In this document: positions 24,979 to 36,470 of the stretch, piece by piece | Layout of the letters: each line of letters opens with the position of its first letter | How positions within the stretch are numbered: the first letter of the stretch is position 1 | DNA from: Tubulanus polymorphus | Lineage: Eukaryota > Animalia > Nemertea | DNA: 64,000 bases | NCBI RefSeq assembly: GCF_964204645.1 | Contig: NC_134026.1 | Location: forward strand, 15,472,150 to 15,536,149 | Reading direction: 5' to 3' | Notes under the pieces: model-generated | Database searches by the model: none | Seen by the model: only the letters and a program-made list of their open reading frames with translations | Told to the model about the DNA's origin: nothing | Made by a program: the position numbers and the translations under genes

Positions 24979-25392
24979 TTAAAATTGTTCTACAACACCT
25001 TCGGAATCAATTTCATCTATTACAACTTTTGGTAATAATTCGTTAACAATTGTATCTGTTATTCTAGATATCATTCTATATAATTCCATAGGTTTATCAG
25101 GATATTTTTCTTGTTGTTTTTCTAATAGTTTCATAAATTCTTTTCTTTCTGTTCTAGTTGAAATTCTACCACTTTCAGGAGCTTGTAAATATTTAATAAA
25201 TTTTTCACGTAATTCGGAATTAATTCCATCATAATCATCATCATAATCATCATCTTCACCTAAATTAGTATTATATGCCGTTTTATTATCATTACTGAAA
25301 CTTGTTTCATCAAAACTAGGTGGTTGTTCATCACTTATACCGGGAGCGTCACCAAAAGTATCAATTCCAATATCTTCTCCACCTTCTGCCAT
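24979..25392 (-). CDS. Acidic hypothetical protein, likely the N-terminal part of the 23678..24961 gene
   Basis: TAAATG start; only 17 nt from the next ORF, whose ATG lacks the motif; a 1-nt indel would fuse them. Confidence 0.65.
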   Translation of the reverse strand: MAEGGEDIGIDTFGDAPGISDEQPPSFDETSFSNDNKTAYNTNLGEDDDYDDDYDGINSELREKFIKYLQAPESGRISTRTERKEFMKLLEKQQEKYPDKPMELYRMISRITDTIVNELLPKVVIDEIDSEGVVEQF

Positions 25393-25437
25393 TTACATAA
25401 TAAAAAAAATAAAATCTAAAATATAATATTCCTCCGA

Positions 25438-26733
25438 TTACAATTCTATACAAGTTATAGCTAATTTAGTATTTTCATGGGATTTATTATCATCATTTAG
25501 TTTAATTATTTCATGTTGAATATTATCAGTTCTAATATTTTCTGATGTATTGTAATCTTTTATTTTAGAATCATTATTTAATTTAATATTCTTAGTTTTA
25601 GTTTCTGTTGATTGAATATGTTTTTTATTTTTTTCGCCTTCCATTAATTTTGGAGCAGTAATAATCTTTTTATTTATATCATTCAATCCAAATGAATTAT
25701 TCATTGTTGCAGTTTTAATTAGATTATTATAACCAATTATATTTCCCATCTTTAATACTAAATCATTAGAAATAATAAATAGATTAGGGCCTATACAATA
25801 ATTTAATCTAATATGTGATTTATCTAAATAATTTTGATATCTTACAATGTTTTCTGGAATCGATCTATTTTTATCATTATGAATGGAATCTTCAAATAAT
25901 ACTTTAAATTGTTTCTGCGCATCGAATGAAGTGTTATCATTTCCAATTATTGGGGATCTTGTTTCAACTTGCGCACCTAAAATACATATCAAATAAGTTC
26001 TAATAGATTGATTTATTCTTTGTATTCCAGCTTTAGTAAAACCTTCACTATTTTCTAAAATAAAATAAACCCAACCATTATTGTTTTGTTGTTGTATATT
26101 ATTATAATATTTTGGTAATTCATTCCAATTTAGTGTTCTTATATCTGAATTTGTCATTATTTTTCCAAATTCTTTAGTATATAATATTCCTAATCCACCC
26201 ATTGTTCCAATTTTTGCTCTAAAATCTTTATTTGAATTAATATTAAATTCATTACATATTTTATAAAACTTAGAAAAATTAATATTATTATTCAATTCTT
26301 TAAAATATTTTGAACCTGGTAAAGGACATTCTAATTCATCTAATATTAATTTTATTTGAAAATATGTATGAAATCTAAAAAGTGATAACATCAATGGTAA
26401 ACTTGGTTTGTTTAAATGATCATTCCAACTAATTCCACATCCTGTTGTTGCACAATAAACGGCAAAATTTAATTGGTTCTGCCAATACTTCATATTAGAT
26501 TTTAATAACCAGTGTTTTGCCTCATTTAAATTTTTGAAATTAATTGTATACACATGATATATATTTTCCATCTTTACATGAAAATTATTACTTTCAGTAA
26601 CATAAATATATAAATCAATTAATGAATTTAAAACTTCATTTCTATATGTAATATGTTTATTAAAATCTATTGCTGGAATAATATATTTAATTGATTTATT
26701 ATATTGGAAACCTTTTTGAAAACTATCTGCCAT
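25438..26733 (-). CDS. Polinton hypothetical protein, 431 aa
   Basis: Long intact ORF, TAAATG start, motif WQNQLNFAVYCATTGCG. Confidence 0.8.
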   Translation of the reverse strand: MADSFQKGFQYNKSIKYIIPAIDFNKHITYRNEVLNSLIDLYIYVTESNNFHVKMENIYHVYTINFKNLNEAKHWLLKSNMKYWQNQLNFAVYCATTGCGISWNDHLNKPSLPLMLSLFRFHTYFQIKLILDELECPLPGSKYFKELNNNINFSKFYKICNEFNINSNKDFRAKIGTMGGLGILYTKEFGKIMTNSDIRTLNWNELPKYYNNIQQQNNNGWVYFILENSEGFTKAGIQRINQSIRTYLICILGAQVETRSPIIGNDNTSFDAQKQFKVLFEDSIHNDKNRSIPENIVRYQNYLDKSHIRLNYCIGPNLFIISNDLVLKMGNIIGYNNLIKTATMNNSFGLNDINKKIITAPKLMEGEKNKKHIQSTETKTKNIKLNNDSKIKDYNTSENIRTDNIQHEIIKLNDDNKSHENTKLAITCIEL

Positions 26734-26749
26734 TTATATAATTAAAAAA

Positions 26750-27184
26750 TTAATAATTAACTAATTCTTTTAATAATTTATCTTGTTCTTCAACTGTTAT
26801 ATGACCATTTAAACTTATTATATAATCTAGTGTATTCTTCAATTTATTAATTTCTTTTATATTAGTTTTAATTTTTTCTTTATTACTTTTTATATTTAAT
26901 TTTGAACTTATACCAGTTAAAACACTTGAACTTAATCCTAATACACCAATTGATATAGCTAAAGGTGTTAATGGACTGAATATTGCTAGAAATGTTATTA
27001 CAGAACTAATTGTAACCGAACCACTTATAATCAAATAATATATAATTTTACTTTTTAAACATTTTTTCTTTTTTATCTTTAAGTCACTTTCAAATTCTAA
27101 TATTTGTTTTTTTAAATATATTTTTAATTTAGTTTTATTTATATCATGAGGAATAATATCAATATTATCAACTTTATCTTCCAT
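26750..27184 (-). CDS. Two-TM membrane protein
   Basis: Hydrophobic hairpin IIYYLIISGSVTISSVITFLAIF / LAISIGVLGLSSSVLTGI flanked by Lys-rich helices. Confidence 0.75.
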   Translation of the reverse strand: MEDKVDNIDIIPHDINKTKLKIYLKKQILEFESDLKIKKKKCLKSKIIYYLIISGSVTISSVITFLAIFSPLTPLAISIGVLGLSSSVLTGISSKLNIKSNKEKIKTNIKEINKLKNTLDYIISLNGHITVEEQDKLLKELVNY

Positions 27185-27205
27185 TTATTTAGCAAAAAAA
27201 AATTA

Positions 27206-27628
27206 CTAATTAGTAAATTTATATGCTACAAATATAACAATAACTGTTCCACCTAAAATCCAAATTATTTCATATTTCTGTTGTTCTTTACTTGGGGTAT
27301 AATAATCTGATATTGTAGGTTTATGTAGATGTAATTTTTCTTTATTGGTTACCGCGTTATATAAACTCATTGCATCATCAACTGATTGAAAATCTATATG
27401 TGAAATCTTCTGATCATATAATTCCTTGTTAATATAATCCATATAGTTTTGTCTCTTTTCTCTATATTCTTCAGCTGCTTTATTATATTTCTCTAATGCT
27501 AAGTTATGTCTTTTCTGTTCTGTTAATGATCCATTTTTATCAATATGTTTAAATAGATAACCACCACCAGTAAATGCTAAAGCGTTAACAATTGCCGATC
27601 CTATAATAGTTATAACTGCAGAAGCCAT
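27206..27628 (-). CDS. Small protein with hydrophobic Gly-rich N-terminus and C-terminal TM anchor
   Basis: MASAVITIIGSAIVNALAFTGGGYLF...IIWILGGTVIVIFVAY. Confidence 0.75.
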   Translation of the reverse strand: MASAVITIIGSAIVNALAFTGGGYLFKHIDKNGSLTEQKRHNLALEKYNKAAEEYREKRQNYMDYINKELYDQKISHIDFQSVDDAMSLYNAVTNKEKLHLHKPTISDYYTPSKEQQKYEIIWILGGTVIVIFVAYKFTN

Positions 27629-27652
27629 TTATTTAGTAAAATAATTACGCAT

Positions 27653-28231
27653 TTATATGGGAGGCATATATTTTTGTTTTTCTAGATAATCAATAGTTAA
27701 ATTAGATAAAGTAACTGCTAATGTTAATTTTAAAATATCATTTATATCAAATCTATCAACATTAACACTTCCCATTTTAAATACTTTTTTTAATACCATT
27801 GAATAACCAACAGTTCCAACTGATAGTAATGCGCCATTATATAATCCAGTTATTATCCACTTATTATCACTCATTTGTTTATCAAAAAAATTACTATCAT
27901 CAAAATATTTAGTTATCTTATTTATGATTATTTCAACATTTATTTCATTACTAGTTTCATTTGTATATATTTCAATTATTATTTTTTTAATATCATCGAT
28001 GATAAAATCTTCATCTAATTCATGAAATCTTAAAGATTCTCTTATTAAATTAGTAATCTTTTCTACATTTAAAGTTTCTTTATCTATTGTTGTTTCATAC
28101 TCAAATGTTGTTTCATTAGAAAATGTAATATTTTTGATATGTGTAATTACATCATTAATGTTAAATTTCATTTCTTTCTCATGTTTAAAATCAAACCCAA
28201 AACATATACTCGGTCCAACAGTTATATTCAT
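27653..28231 (-). CDS. Polinton hypothetical protein with hydrophobic C-terminal part
   Basis: Intact 192-aa ORF with TAAATG start. Confidence 0.7.
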   Translation of the reverse strand: MNITVGPSICFGFDFKHEKEMKFNINDVITHIKNITFSNETTFEYETTIDKETLNVEKITNLIRESLRFHELDEDFIIDDIKKIIIEIYTNETSNEINVEIIINKITKYFDDSNFFDKQMSDNKWIITGLYNGALLSVGTVGYSMVLKKVFKMGSVNVDRFDINDILKLTLAVTLSNLTIDYLEKQKYMPPI

Positions 28232-28247
28232 TTATATAATGAAAAAA

Positions 28248-28616
28248 TTACTCTTTACATCTTATAACTAATTCATAAATTACAGGAAAGTTATTCAAAT
28301 CAATTAAATATCCATTATGATTTCTTATTTCTAATTTAAAATTATTAAATTTAGGAATGCAAGGTTTAAAATCACATTCTGTTAAATTATAATTTATTTG
28401 AGTTCCAAATTGTTTCACATTTTTTAGCGGTAAAATATTTAGTATACTAGAACTACAAATTGTTTCTTTAGTTGCTTCGAAAGTTTTTGTAGGCTCGATT
28501 AAATTGCAATAAATATAAAAGTGTGTAAAAGGTATTATATTTGAATTACCATCTATGTTTCCTGTAACAGTATCTGGTGCAATTCCTAGCAATTTAGCTA
28601 ATGGTTTATTTACCAT
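28248..28616 (-). pseudogene. Minor capsid (penton-like) protein, C-terminal part only
   Basis: LAKLLG...HFYIYCNLIE...ILNILPL...LEIRNHNGYLIDLN resembles Polinton penton C-termini; no room upstream for the N-terminal half. Confidence 0.65.
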
Positions 28617-28726
28617 AAATGCATGTTGACTTGAAGTTTTCTTGAATCAACAAATATTCTGTATTCTTTTAATTCCGCCATTTATTTTACATATTTTCTT
28701 ATTCGAAATCTATTTCATGATGCCCC

Positions 28727-29014
28727 TTAATATAATTCTTCTAGATCTTCACTTGATAATCTATGAAATCTATCCGGTAAATATGTTCTGAATTTATATG
28801 TATTTCCTTTTAATCCTTCATATTCTAAGTGTATAACTAATTTATCTCCATATTTGTTAGTAACTCTATCAATATTTGGAATTAGATATTTCTTATGGAT
28901 TATTAATTCTTTTAACTTCTTAAATTTATAATCTACTGATTTGACATTTGAAGTATCTTTTATTCTATCTAGAAATGATTTGTTGTTCTCACTGTGCGCT
29001 TGTTTACTCTCCAT
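28727..29014 (-). CDS. Small hypothetical protein downstream of PolB, possibly truncated
   Basis: 95-aa ORF whose upstream motif matches that of PolB. Confidence 0.55.
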   Translation of the reverse strand: MESKQAHSENNKSFLDRIKDTSNVKSVDYKFKKLKELIIHKKYLIPNIDRVTNKYGDKLVIHLEYEGLKGNTYKFRTYLPDRFHRLSSEDLEELY

Positions 29015-29043
29015 TTTAATAACATATTTTTATTAAAATTTGA

Positions 29044-32000
29044 TTAACACGTTAGAATTCTTTTCATTATCTCGTTTTCTTTTGTTTCTTCTCTTTTAAA
29101 TTTTAAGTATTCATCTAAATTACAATCATAAGCAACTGTATGAATTCCATCATCCAGAATATATCTTTTATCATCAAATGGGTTTAGACTTATCTTTTCA
29201 ATTTCTTCAATAAACATTTCATGATCTTCAGATCTTTAGCTTCATGTTCTTTAGTTTTATATGAATACATTTTAGATCTAATACCAATGAACTCTATCAT
29301 TTCTTCACCACCTAATCCATCCTTAAACTTCCCTGGAACTTTTTTATTATCATTGCTAAACAATTCATGATCTTTAGGATTGTTACTAAAATCAAAATGA
29401 TGTTTTAATGTTTTTAAATCATCAGTTATGTTATCAGTTTTTATCTTTAATATGTAAGAATCTGTATCAAAATATAATATTTCTATGTTTTTCTCCAAAA
29501 AGTGGTTGTAATACATTATAATAGAATTCATACATTAGTAATTTTGATAATTCTAAAACTGAAGCGCCAACATAGATTGGTTTATTAAATTTCATTGATG
29601 TTCTTCTCATTTTAACTGCAGCTAAATTTTCATCAAATATTCTGTTACCAATGAACTTAGGATATGTTTGTAAATGTCTAATTCTTTTACCATTACTAAC
29701 TAACTCAATATCATTTCTATTTCTAATATTTTCACAAGTCTTACCATAGAATGCATTATTCATTAACTTGAAGAAATCTTTCTCGAAATCAGTTTTAGCT
29801 TCAGTTCTCTGTTTGGTGTTAAAATCTATATATTTTTCTAACCACTTAGATTGACTAAATGAAATATATCTATGTACTTTTTTTAGAACCATTCCTTGTT
29901 TTAGATAAAACTTTAACATTCTATAATGTACTACATAATTATATTCATCTTCTTGAGTTACCATTAACTTTTCTGTATGAATATGATTATCGGGTTTAAT
30001 TCTTTTTTGATAATTTGATAGTTCTTCATGAGTTACAGTTTTATGTTCGGGACAGTAAGCTAGATTTCTAGATTTAAATTTTTTATCTTCAGGATATTCT
30101 AAATCTACAACAAAGAAGTAACCAGTATCTGAATCATCTGCAATATCTAGAATTCCTTTCTTCCAATCAAATTTATCATTATTTTCATTCTATAAAACTT
30201 CACTTATTTCAAATACTCCATAAGGTTGTTGTTCCATCATTGCCCAACCATACAAATTATTTGCATCTATATATAATAACTTATATCCGGGGTTATCATT
30301 TACATTGAAATATCTATCACCTAATACACCTGAAACTCCTCCTCTTATAGATTTTTCAAATAATAGTAATTGATCTATATTTGTTAACAAATCCATTTTT
30401 ATATCTGTAAATTTTAATCCACAATCCCATGTTAAACCTGGGCTAGAATAACAATGACAAGGATCATTATTGAAATATTTTAGGTTTACATCTCTAAACC
30501 TTTCGAATATATCAGTTAATAATAATACATCTGATTTTAAATATAAATCTACTAATTGTCCATGATTTTCTATTTTGAAATGATTCCAAATATTCAATGT
30601 TCTATTATATACTTCATCTTTAACATATTCATTTTTTAATTCATCATAGAATTGTTCTTTTAGTAATTCAGTTATATTGAAATCATTATGATTTTTATAG
30701 AAAGAATATGGAATTGCGCCTTTGTATCTCATTAATTTAAAATCATCAATATTTGGGTAATATTCTTTTAATATCTTTAATTCATCATCAACTAATGATT
30801 TTGATCTAATGAACTATTTAAAAATCTATATGAATCTATAGATCTTAAACACCCAAATTGGAATGATATATAATTCTCAGATGTTTTAGCTAACATTCTA
30901 AATTTATAAGTTGGTATTCTATCTTTTGATCTATTTGAATTTAATCTTTCTATTTCATTATTAATTTCTTCTATTTTATGACATAACTGTTTGATGAATA
31001 AATGTGCATCATATCCTGATAGATTATGAAATATAACTGGTACAAAGTTAATTTTCTTAGCTTGTAAGTTACAATTCTCATGTGCGGCGCCTCTAAACTT
31101 TCCATTCAAATGATCATGGTCTCTTACTTTTTTATCTTTATAATTAAATATCTTTTCACAATAATAACATTTATCTGCAAACGCAAATTCTTCTTTATCT
31201 TCTTCTGTCATTATAATTTCTATATTTTTATTTAACTTTTCATTAAATCTTATTTCATATTCAATTAATAAGTCACAAAAATGATTGATAACATTTTCAT
31301 TTCTATAATTATAATATTCACTTTCAATTAGTTCTGGATAATCAGATTTAATATATAACCCAAAAGCAGCAGCTGATTGATGAATCTTTTTAATTGTATT
31401 TGTTTTTGGTGGTTCATCAGAATAATCATTTTCATTAGAATTTAATTTCTTTCTTTTATAATATATTTCTTTTCTATCTTGATCAGTTAGTTCTTTATTT
31501 AATGATTCAAAATCTCCATATATTACAAATGGTACTTTATTTTTGTAATCATATTTTTTGAATTCTAATATTTTATCTTTTTCATTTGGTAAAACTAATT
31601 TACAATAATCATGATTTTCACATAATTGTTTATGATTTAATAATGTACTTTCATTACTGAATCTATGTAAACATTTTCTACAAAGATATATTTTATCATG
31701 GTGATCACTTTCTGTTCTAAAGAATAAATCTATTTATTTAATCCACATATAATGATTCTCATAATATAGTATATCTATAACATCATTTGAATCATAATCT
31801 TTTGATAGATATAAAGGTTCTAATGTTTTATATTGTTACCTTTTGTATTTGGTAATTTGATTAAATCAACTACATTTATTCTTAAATTATTATCTCTTTC
31901 TATTTTTGGGATGTTTTTAATTATAACAGGATACTTATCTATCTTAAAATTATTTTCAAATTGTTTATAATGAGTTAATCTAAAACTATGTTGTTTATCA

Positions 32001-32962
32001 TCTTCAACTGGGTGTAAACAACTTATTATAGCCCATAGAAAACATTTATCATCTTCATTTTGTACATTTATTACTGCATTAGTTTTAAATGGTAGTTTAA
32101 TATAACTCGATGCTTCAATATCTGGTTCTTTATAATATGATACATTATTTTCATTAATTGGTTTTGATTTAGTTAACTTATTATATTTTGTGTTATAAAC
32201 ATGTAAAGTCATAAATATTATTTCATCAAATATTAAACCAGATCCTTCAAAATATTTCTCTTCTATTTTAGTTTTTACTTCATTTTAACATTTATCTAAT
32301 TTATCATCTATATGTTGTTTATATATAATATGTTGTGAATGAGAATTTATATTATATATTGGTTTATCTTCAGATTTTATGAATTTGACTTTAACTGATA
32401 TACTAATTTTAGGATATTCAACATCAGTTATTATTTTTATTATTTCTTTCATATTTTCTAAATGTTTTTTATTTTCTTCTAATGTTTTTCCTTTATGAAA
32501 TTTAAACTCGATAGCTGCTGGGCCAATATCACTTTTAAATGCTTCGGTTATCTCTATATCTTTTTTATTATCCAATAAATTGATATATTTTCTTACATCT
32601 TCCATGTATGGTCTTTTATTGTTTAATTTATTTTTTATGCTTTTAATTGTCTTCTGTTTCTTATCATTATCTTTATCAAAATAATCTTCACCTAAAATAT
32701 CATTATTCTTATTTCTAATATGACTTTTAGATTTTAAATGTTCATTATAATATCTTTTATCACTGAATGGTTGATTACATGTATCACATTTGTATATTTC
32801 TTTTTCATTCTTTAATTCATCTAATTTAGTTTCTAATATATCATCTTTATATTCTAGTTTCAATTTATTCTCTAAATGTGTTTTAGTTTTATTGTGTCTT
32901 GCTTTTTGGGATTTATCTATATTGATATTACATGTTGGACAGTAGTACTTATTTGCTTCCAT
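29044..32962 (-). pseudogene. polB: Protein-primed family B DNA polymerase with N-terminal Zn fingers and endonuclease VII-like insert, fragmented
   Basis: Across ORF fragments: C2H2 fingers; CFLWAIIS; CYYC..RDHDHLNGKFRGAAHENCNL; FHNLSGYDAH (Exo II); YIDANNLYGWAM; KLMNNAFYGK; YFDTDS. Confidence 0.95.
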
Positions 32963-32984
32963 TTTAATACTAAAATTTTTATTA

Positions 32985-33384
32985 AAATTGATTTTAGAAG
33001 TTCAATGATTTATATCATGTATTATTTCAATCACACTTTACTAACACTTTTAATGTTTAAAAATCTAACTCATACAAATATAAATATTGAAATAATGTTG
33101 TAAATATATCTATATATCTATTCTATAAGAGCTCACACTTTTATATTGAATAATCTGTCAATTTAAATGTTATTCATTTACATGATTATTTTAAGAGTAA
33201 TAGGGATAATAGGCTTTCAGGTTAAAGGTTGAAGGGACGAGTGAGTAAAAAATGAAAATAACAATAATTTACAGTTGAATTAGGAGTGTGCGCGACTAAT
33301 TCAACTGTAAATTATTGTTATTTTCATTTTTTTACGAGCTCGACCCTTCGACCTTTGATCTGAAAGCCTATTATCCCTATTACT
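32985..33384 (-). repeat. Right terminal inverted repeat of the Polinton (~400 bp)
   Basis: Reverse complement of 3988-4387 with few mismatches; outer 189 bp (33196-33384) self-complementary. Confidence 0.95.
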
Positions 33385-34445
33385 TACGATTAAAGCACAT
33401 ATAAATACTATATTCATAAGTTATTTACATTATTAATATTAGTATTATTGTTAAACATTTCCATGTAGTAAGAGACATGAAATATTATGAACCGTTTTTT
33501 ATGAAATTGTATATATATAAAATATGTGACTTATATCAGGGTGACACTTGACAGCAAACGAAACAAAACGGTCCCAAAATCTTTTTTCAGAGCAAATAAC
33601 CCGATCAGAACTTTCTGGCTAATTAATTTGATGCTCTGTACAATCATCCCAGCATCGAAGTTCACATCACTGAATGCCTCTTAAAGCAGAACTGCACAGC
33701 AAACACCCCTCGGAGGTGAAAAAGTAAAGATAATTTATAGCTTATTGAAACTTTACTGAAAATCTTTTCAAAAATATTGTTATTTTTAATCTTTTTACGA
33801 AAAGTTTTCATTGCATATAGGCTCAATAATGTGTAATCAGTCAACACAAACAGCATTATGAGTTGTAACAATATTGATAAAAAAGATTTGAGTTCTTTTA
33901 CTTTGTATATTTTAATTTTTAAAAGATCAAGTAGCGCTTAAATAGTTTTTTACTTCATAGTATGTCGACGGAGTCTTCAATATGGCTATGGAGACCTTTC
34001 TGGAGGTAAAGTGCTTACAAAATGCTGTGTTTCGAAACTCGTCTTTTGGACCGCACACTTCTGTTAAACAATTAGTGCCATTTAAAACATTACCAAACAA
34101 AGATAAAACGGTCAGAAGATGAAACTGTGAAATGTTCCAGTCACGCAGTAATTAGCAGTCATAGTTTGGTATTTTTTCGTGAATATATGTTCCATTCGGA
34201 AAATTAATACCTTCATTCTGCGGAGATCACGTGGGCTCCTTCAGCTTATCATTGCTCTTCAACAAGTTAGGCTGCGGTCTGCTTGATCGCGGCATATGTG
34301 ATGTCATTGTGAGAAAGCTACGCTTAGGTTGTTTGGGGAATACCCTCGGCAAGTGGGGTATTCCCCAAACAACCAGTTTAGCTGAACAAGAAATTGCACA
34401 AGAGATACACGCCATTTTGACGTCTTGGGTAAGTGAAGTCTATCT

Positions 34446-35145
34446 TTTTAGCTCCGCTGTGACCGAAGGTCAGCAGAGGTGATGGGTTAGAGTGATTATC
34501 CGTCGTCCGTATCCGTCCATCTGTCCGTCAACTTTTGCTTCAATTTGCTACTAGTGCTACAGTTCTTTTTTAATCTCGGCCAAACTTGGTATGAAGCTAA
34601 TATGGGCCAAGGGCTAAAAAGTTATGGAGCCGTTTGCCCAAATTGATCTCTAGGGGGTGCTGTACGGGTGGCGCTTGTAAAATCTTTAAATCGCTACTTG
34701 TCCTACAATTATAGTCTGATGTTGACAAAACTTGGTATGTAGATACTACGGGTCAAGGGCTAAAAAGTTATAGAGCCGTTTTCCAAATTTGATCTCTAGG
34801 GGGCGCTGTACGGGTAGCGCTTGTAAAATCTTAAAATCGCTACCTGTCCTATAATTATTGTCCGATGTCTAAGAAACTTGGTATGTAGATACTACGGGCT
34901 ACGGGCTGTTGGCTAAACTTAGTATGTAGATACTATGAGCCAAGGGCTAAAAATAGATTTTTTCCTAATTTGATCTCTAGGGGGCGCTGTGCGGGTGATG
35001 CTTGTAAAATCTTTAAATCGCTACTTGTCCTACAGTTATAAACTGATCTTGACGAAACTTGGTTTACTATAGGCCAAGGGACAAAATGTAATAGAGCCAT
35101 TTGCCTAATTTGATCTCTAGGGGGCGCTGTACGGGTGGCGCACCA
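34446..35145 (+). mobile_element. Second Helentron-type non-autonomous family, 3'-truncated, with ~125-bp core repeats
   Basis: TTTTTAGCTC start, TGACCGAAGGTCA hairpin, GTCC-type microsatellite, four repeats containing GATCTCTAGGGGGCGCTGT. Confidence 0.7.
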
Positions 35146-35989
35146 CAGGTTGCTCGGACCATCTGACACTGCTGCCCCCTCTATGTGAACGCACCAACCT
35201 CTGAACTCTAAATGATTTGGCCGTATCTGACATTGGGTTTTTATATACTACCTGAACAATAGATTATTATCTGGCCGAGTAAATACGCCGATCAGAATGA
35301 CTTACTCGGCCAAGCAGGTTTTTTTGCCGAGCAATTGCCCCAGTAACGCAACTTAGCTCGGATGAGCGTCTAGTAGTAAGTAATTGACGCCCATGTTGCC
35401 ATTCCGTTAGAGATGATATTATATTGCAGCAACAATCTTGATGTATTTCTTTGAGCGCCCCTTTGACGGAGGAAAAATATAAATGTTCATTAGTTGTAGA
35501 ACTACGTATCATTAAGTATTTACTTCGAATACATTACCTGGGAAAATACACTATAGCCATATTGCTTTTGGCTAGGCAGATAACGCCTGAATCGACTTTT
35601 GGTAGCGGCGCCGTAACATAGCGCCATCTGGCGAGACGCCATCATCTTTTTGCTTGGCGCTTGTTCCTCTCGGTGGCAAATGAAAAAAAAACATTTTGGC
35701 GGCCAGAAAAATAAGATAACACTCGTTCTGGGCCATTCTCAAACCCACAATTACACAGTGAGACAATATTAAACCATGTATTACTAGTATAATGTACACA
35801 TCAAAATACGGACAATTACTTAGTGGCGTATCGGCGGGCGGAGCAATCCCCACACCGTTAGGCCCTGTTCACACTGCACGCGCGATTCGTGGTCGTTCTT
35901 CTGTAGATCCGACTAATTTGGCAAGGCGCATAGGCACGGTTGAACCAACCATCAATATCTGTACGGATGTCATTGTACGACTCTGTGAT

Positions 35990-36335
35990 CTGGTCTATTT
36001 TCTGGAATCCAAAATAGATCTCTACGTGTTCACCTTGAAGGGCACTGACAAGAGGACGCATTGGTTCCAACATTTCCTTCGCACAAGTAAAGCTTACGAT
36101 GTGAGCACTGAAAGTTACTGAATGTATTGCGGAGACCATTGGCTTTGACTTTCGTTGATGAATCCCAGTCCCATGACTCACGTTTCGGATAGAGCTTCTT
36201 CTCATCGTATGATGGCGCGCATATCTCATCCAGGGTAATGATTATGTACTCGTACAAATCATATATTGTTTCAAAGGTAGTGTGTCTTTCTATCCATCTT
36301 GTTTTGCATAAATTCTTCAGGGAAGTCTTCAAGAT
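35990..36335 (-). pseudogene. hAT transposase fragment (THAP12/ZMYM1-like)
   Basis: LKNLCKTRWIERHTTFE followed in another frame by KANGLR...LEPMRPLVSALQG. Confidence 0.8.
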
Positions 36336-36470
36336 CTTGTTCTATAAGTTGGTGGAAACAAAATCGTATCGTTTCACTAAAAGAAAAAAGATTGTTTTCA
36401 AATTACTTTATATTCATCCTAATATAACAAAATTCCACAAAAATTGAATCTAACACAGAAGTCAACCTAC

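Larger units (their letters stand above)
3988..33384. mobile_element. Polinton/Maverick (adintovirus-like) endogenous virus, full length, decayed, with ~13-kb internal insertion
   Basis: Starts AGTAATAGGG at 3988 and ends CCCTATTACT at 33384; TACGAT on both flanks (3982-3987, 33385-33390); contains pPolB, rve integrase, ATPase and capsid-like ORFs in two convergent blocks. Confidence 0.96.

Noticed and set aside
3988-33384. Interpretation as a bacterial prophage or contaminant
   Set aside because: rve integrase with chromodomain, 6-bp TSD, no Shine-Dalgarno pattern, and eukaryotic spliced elements in the flanks.
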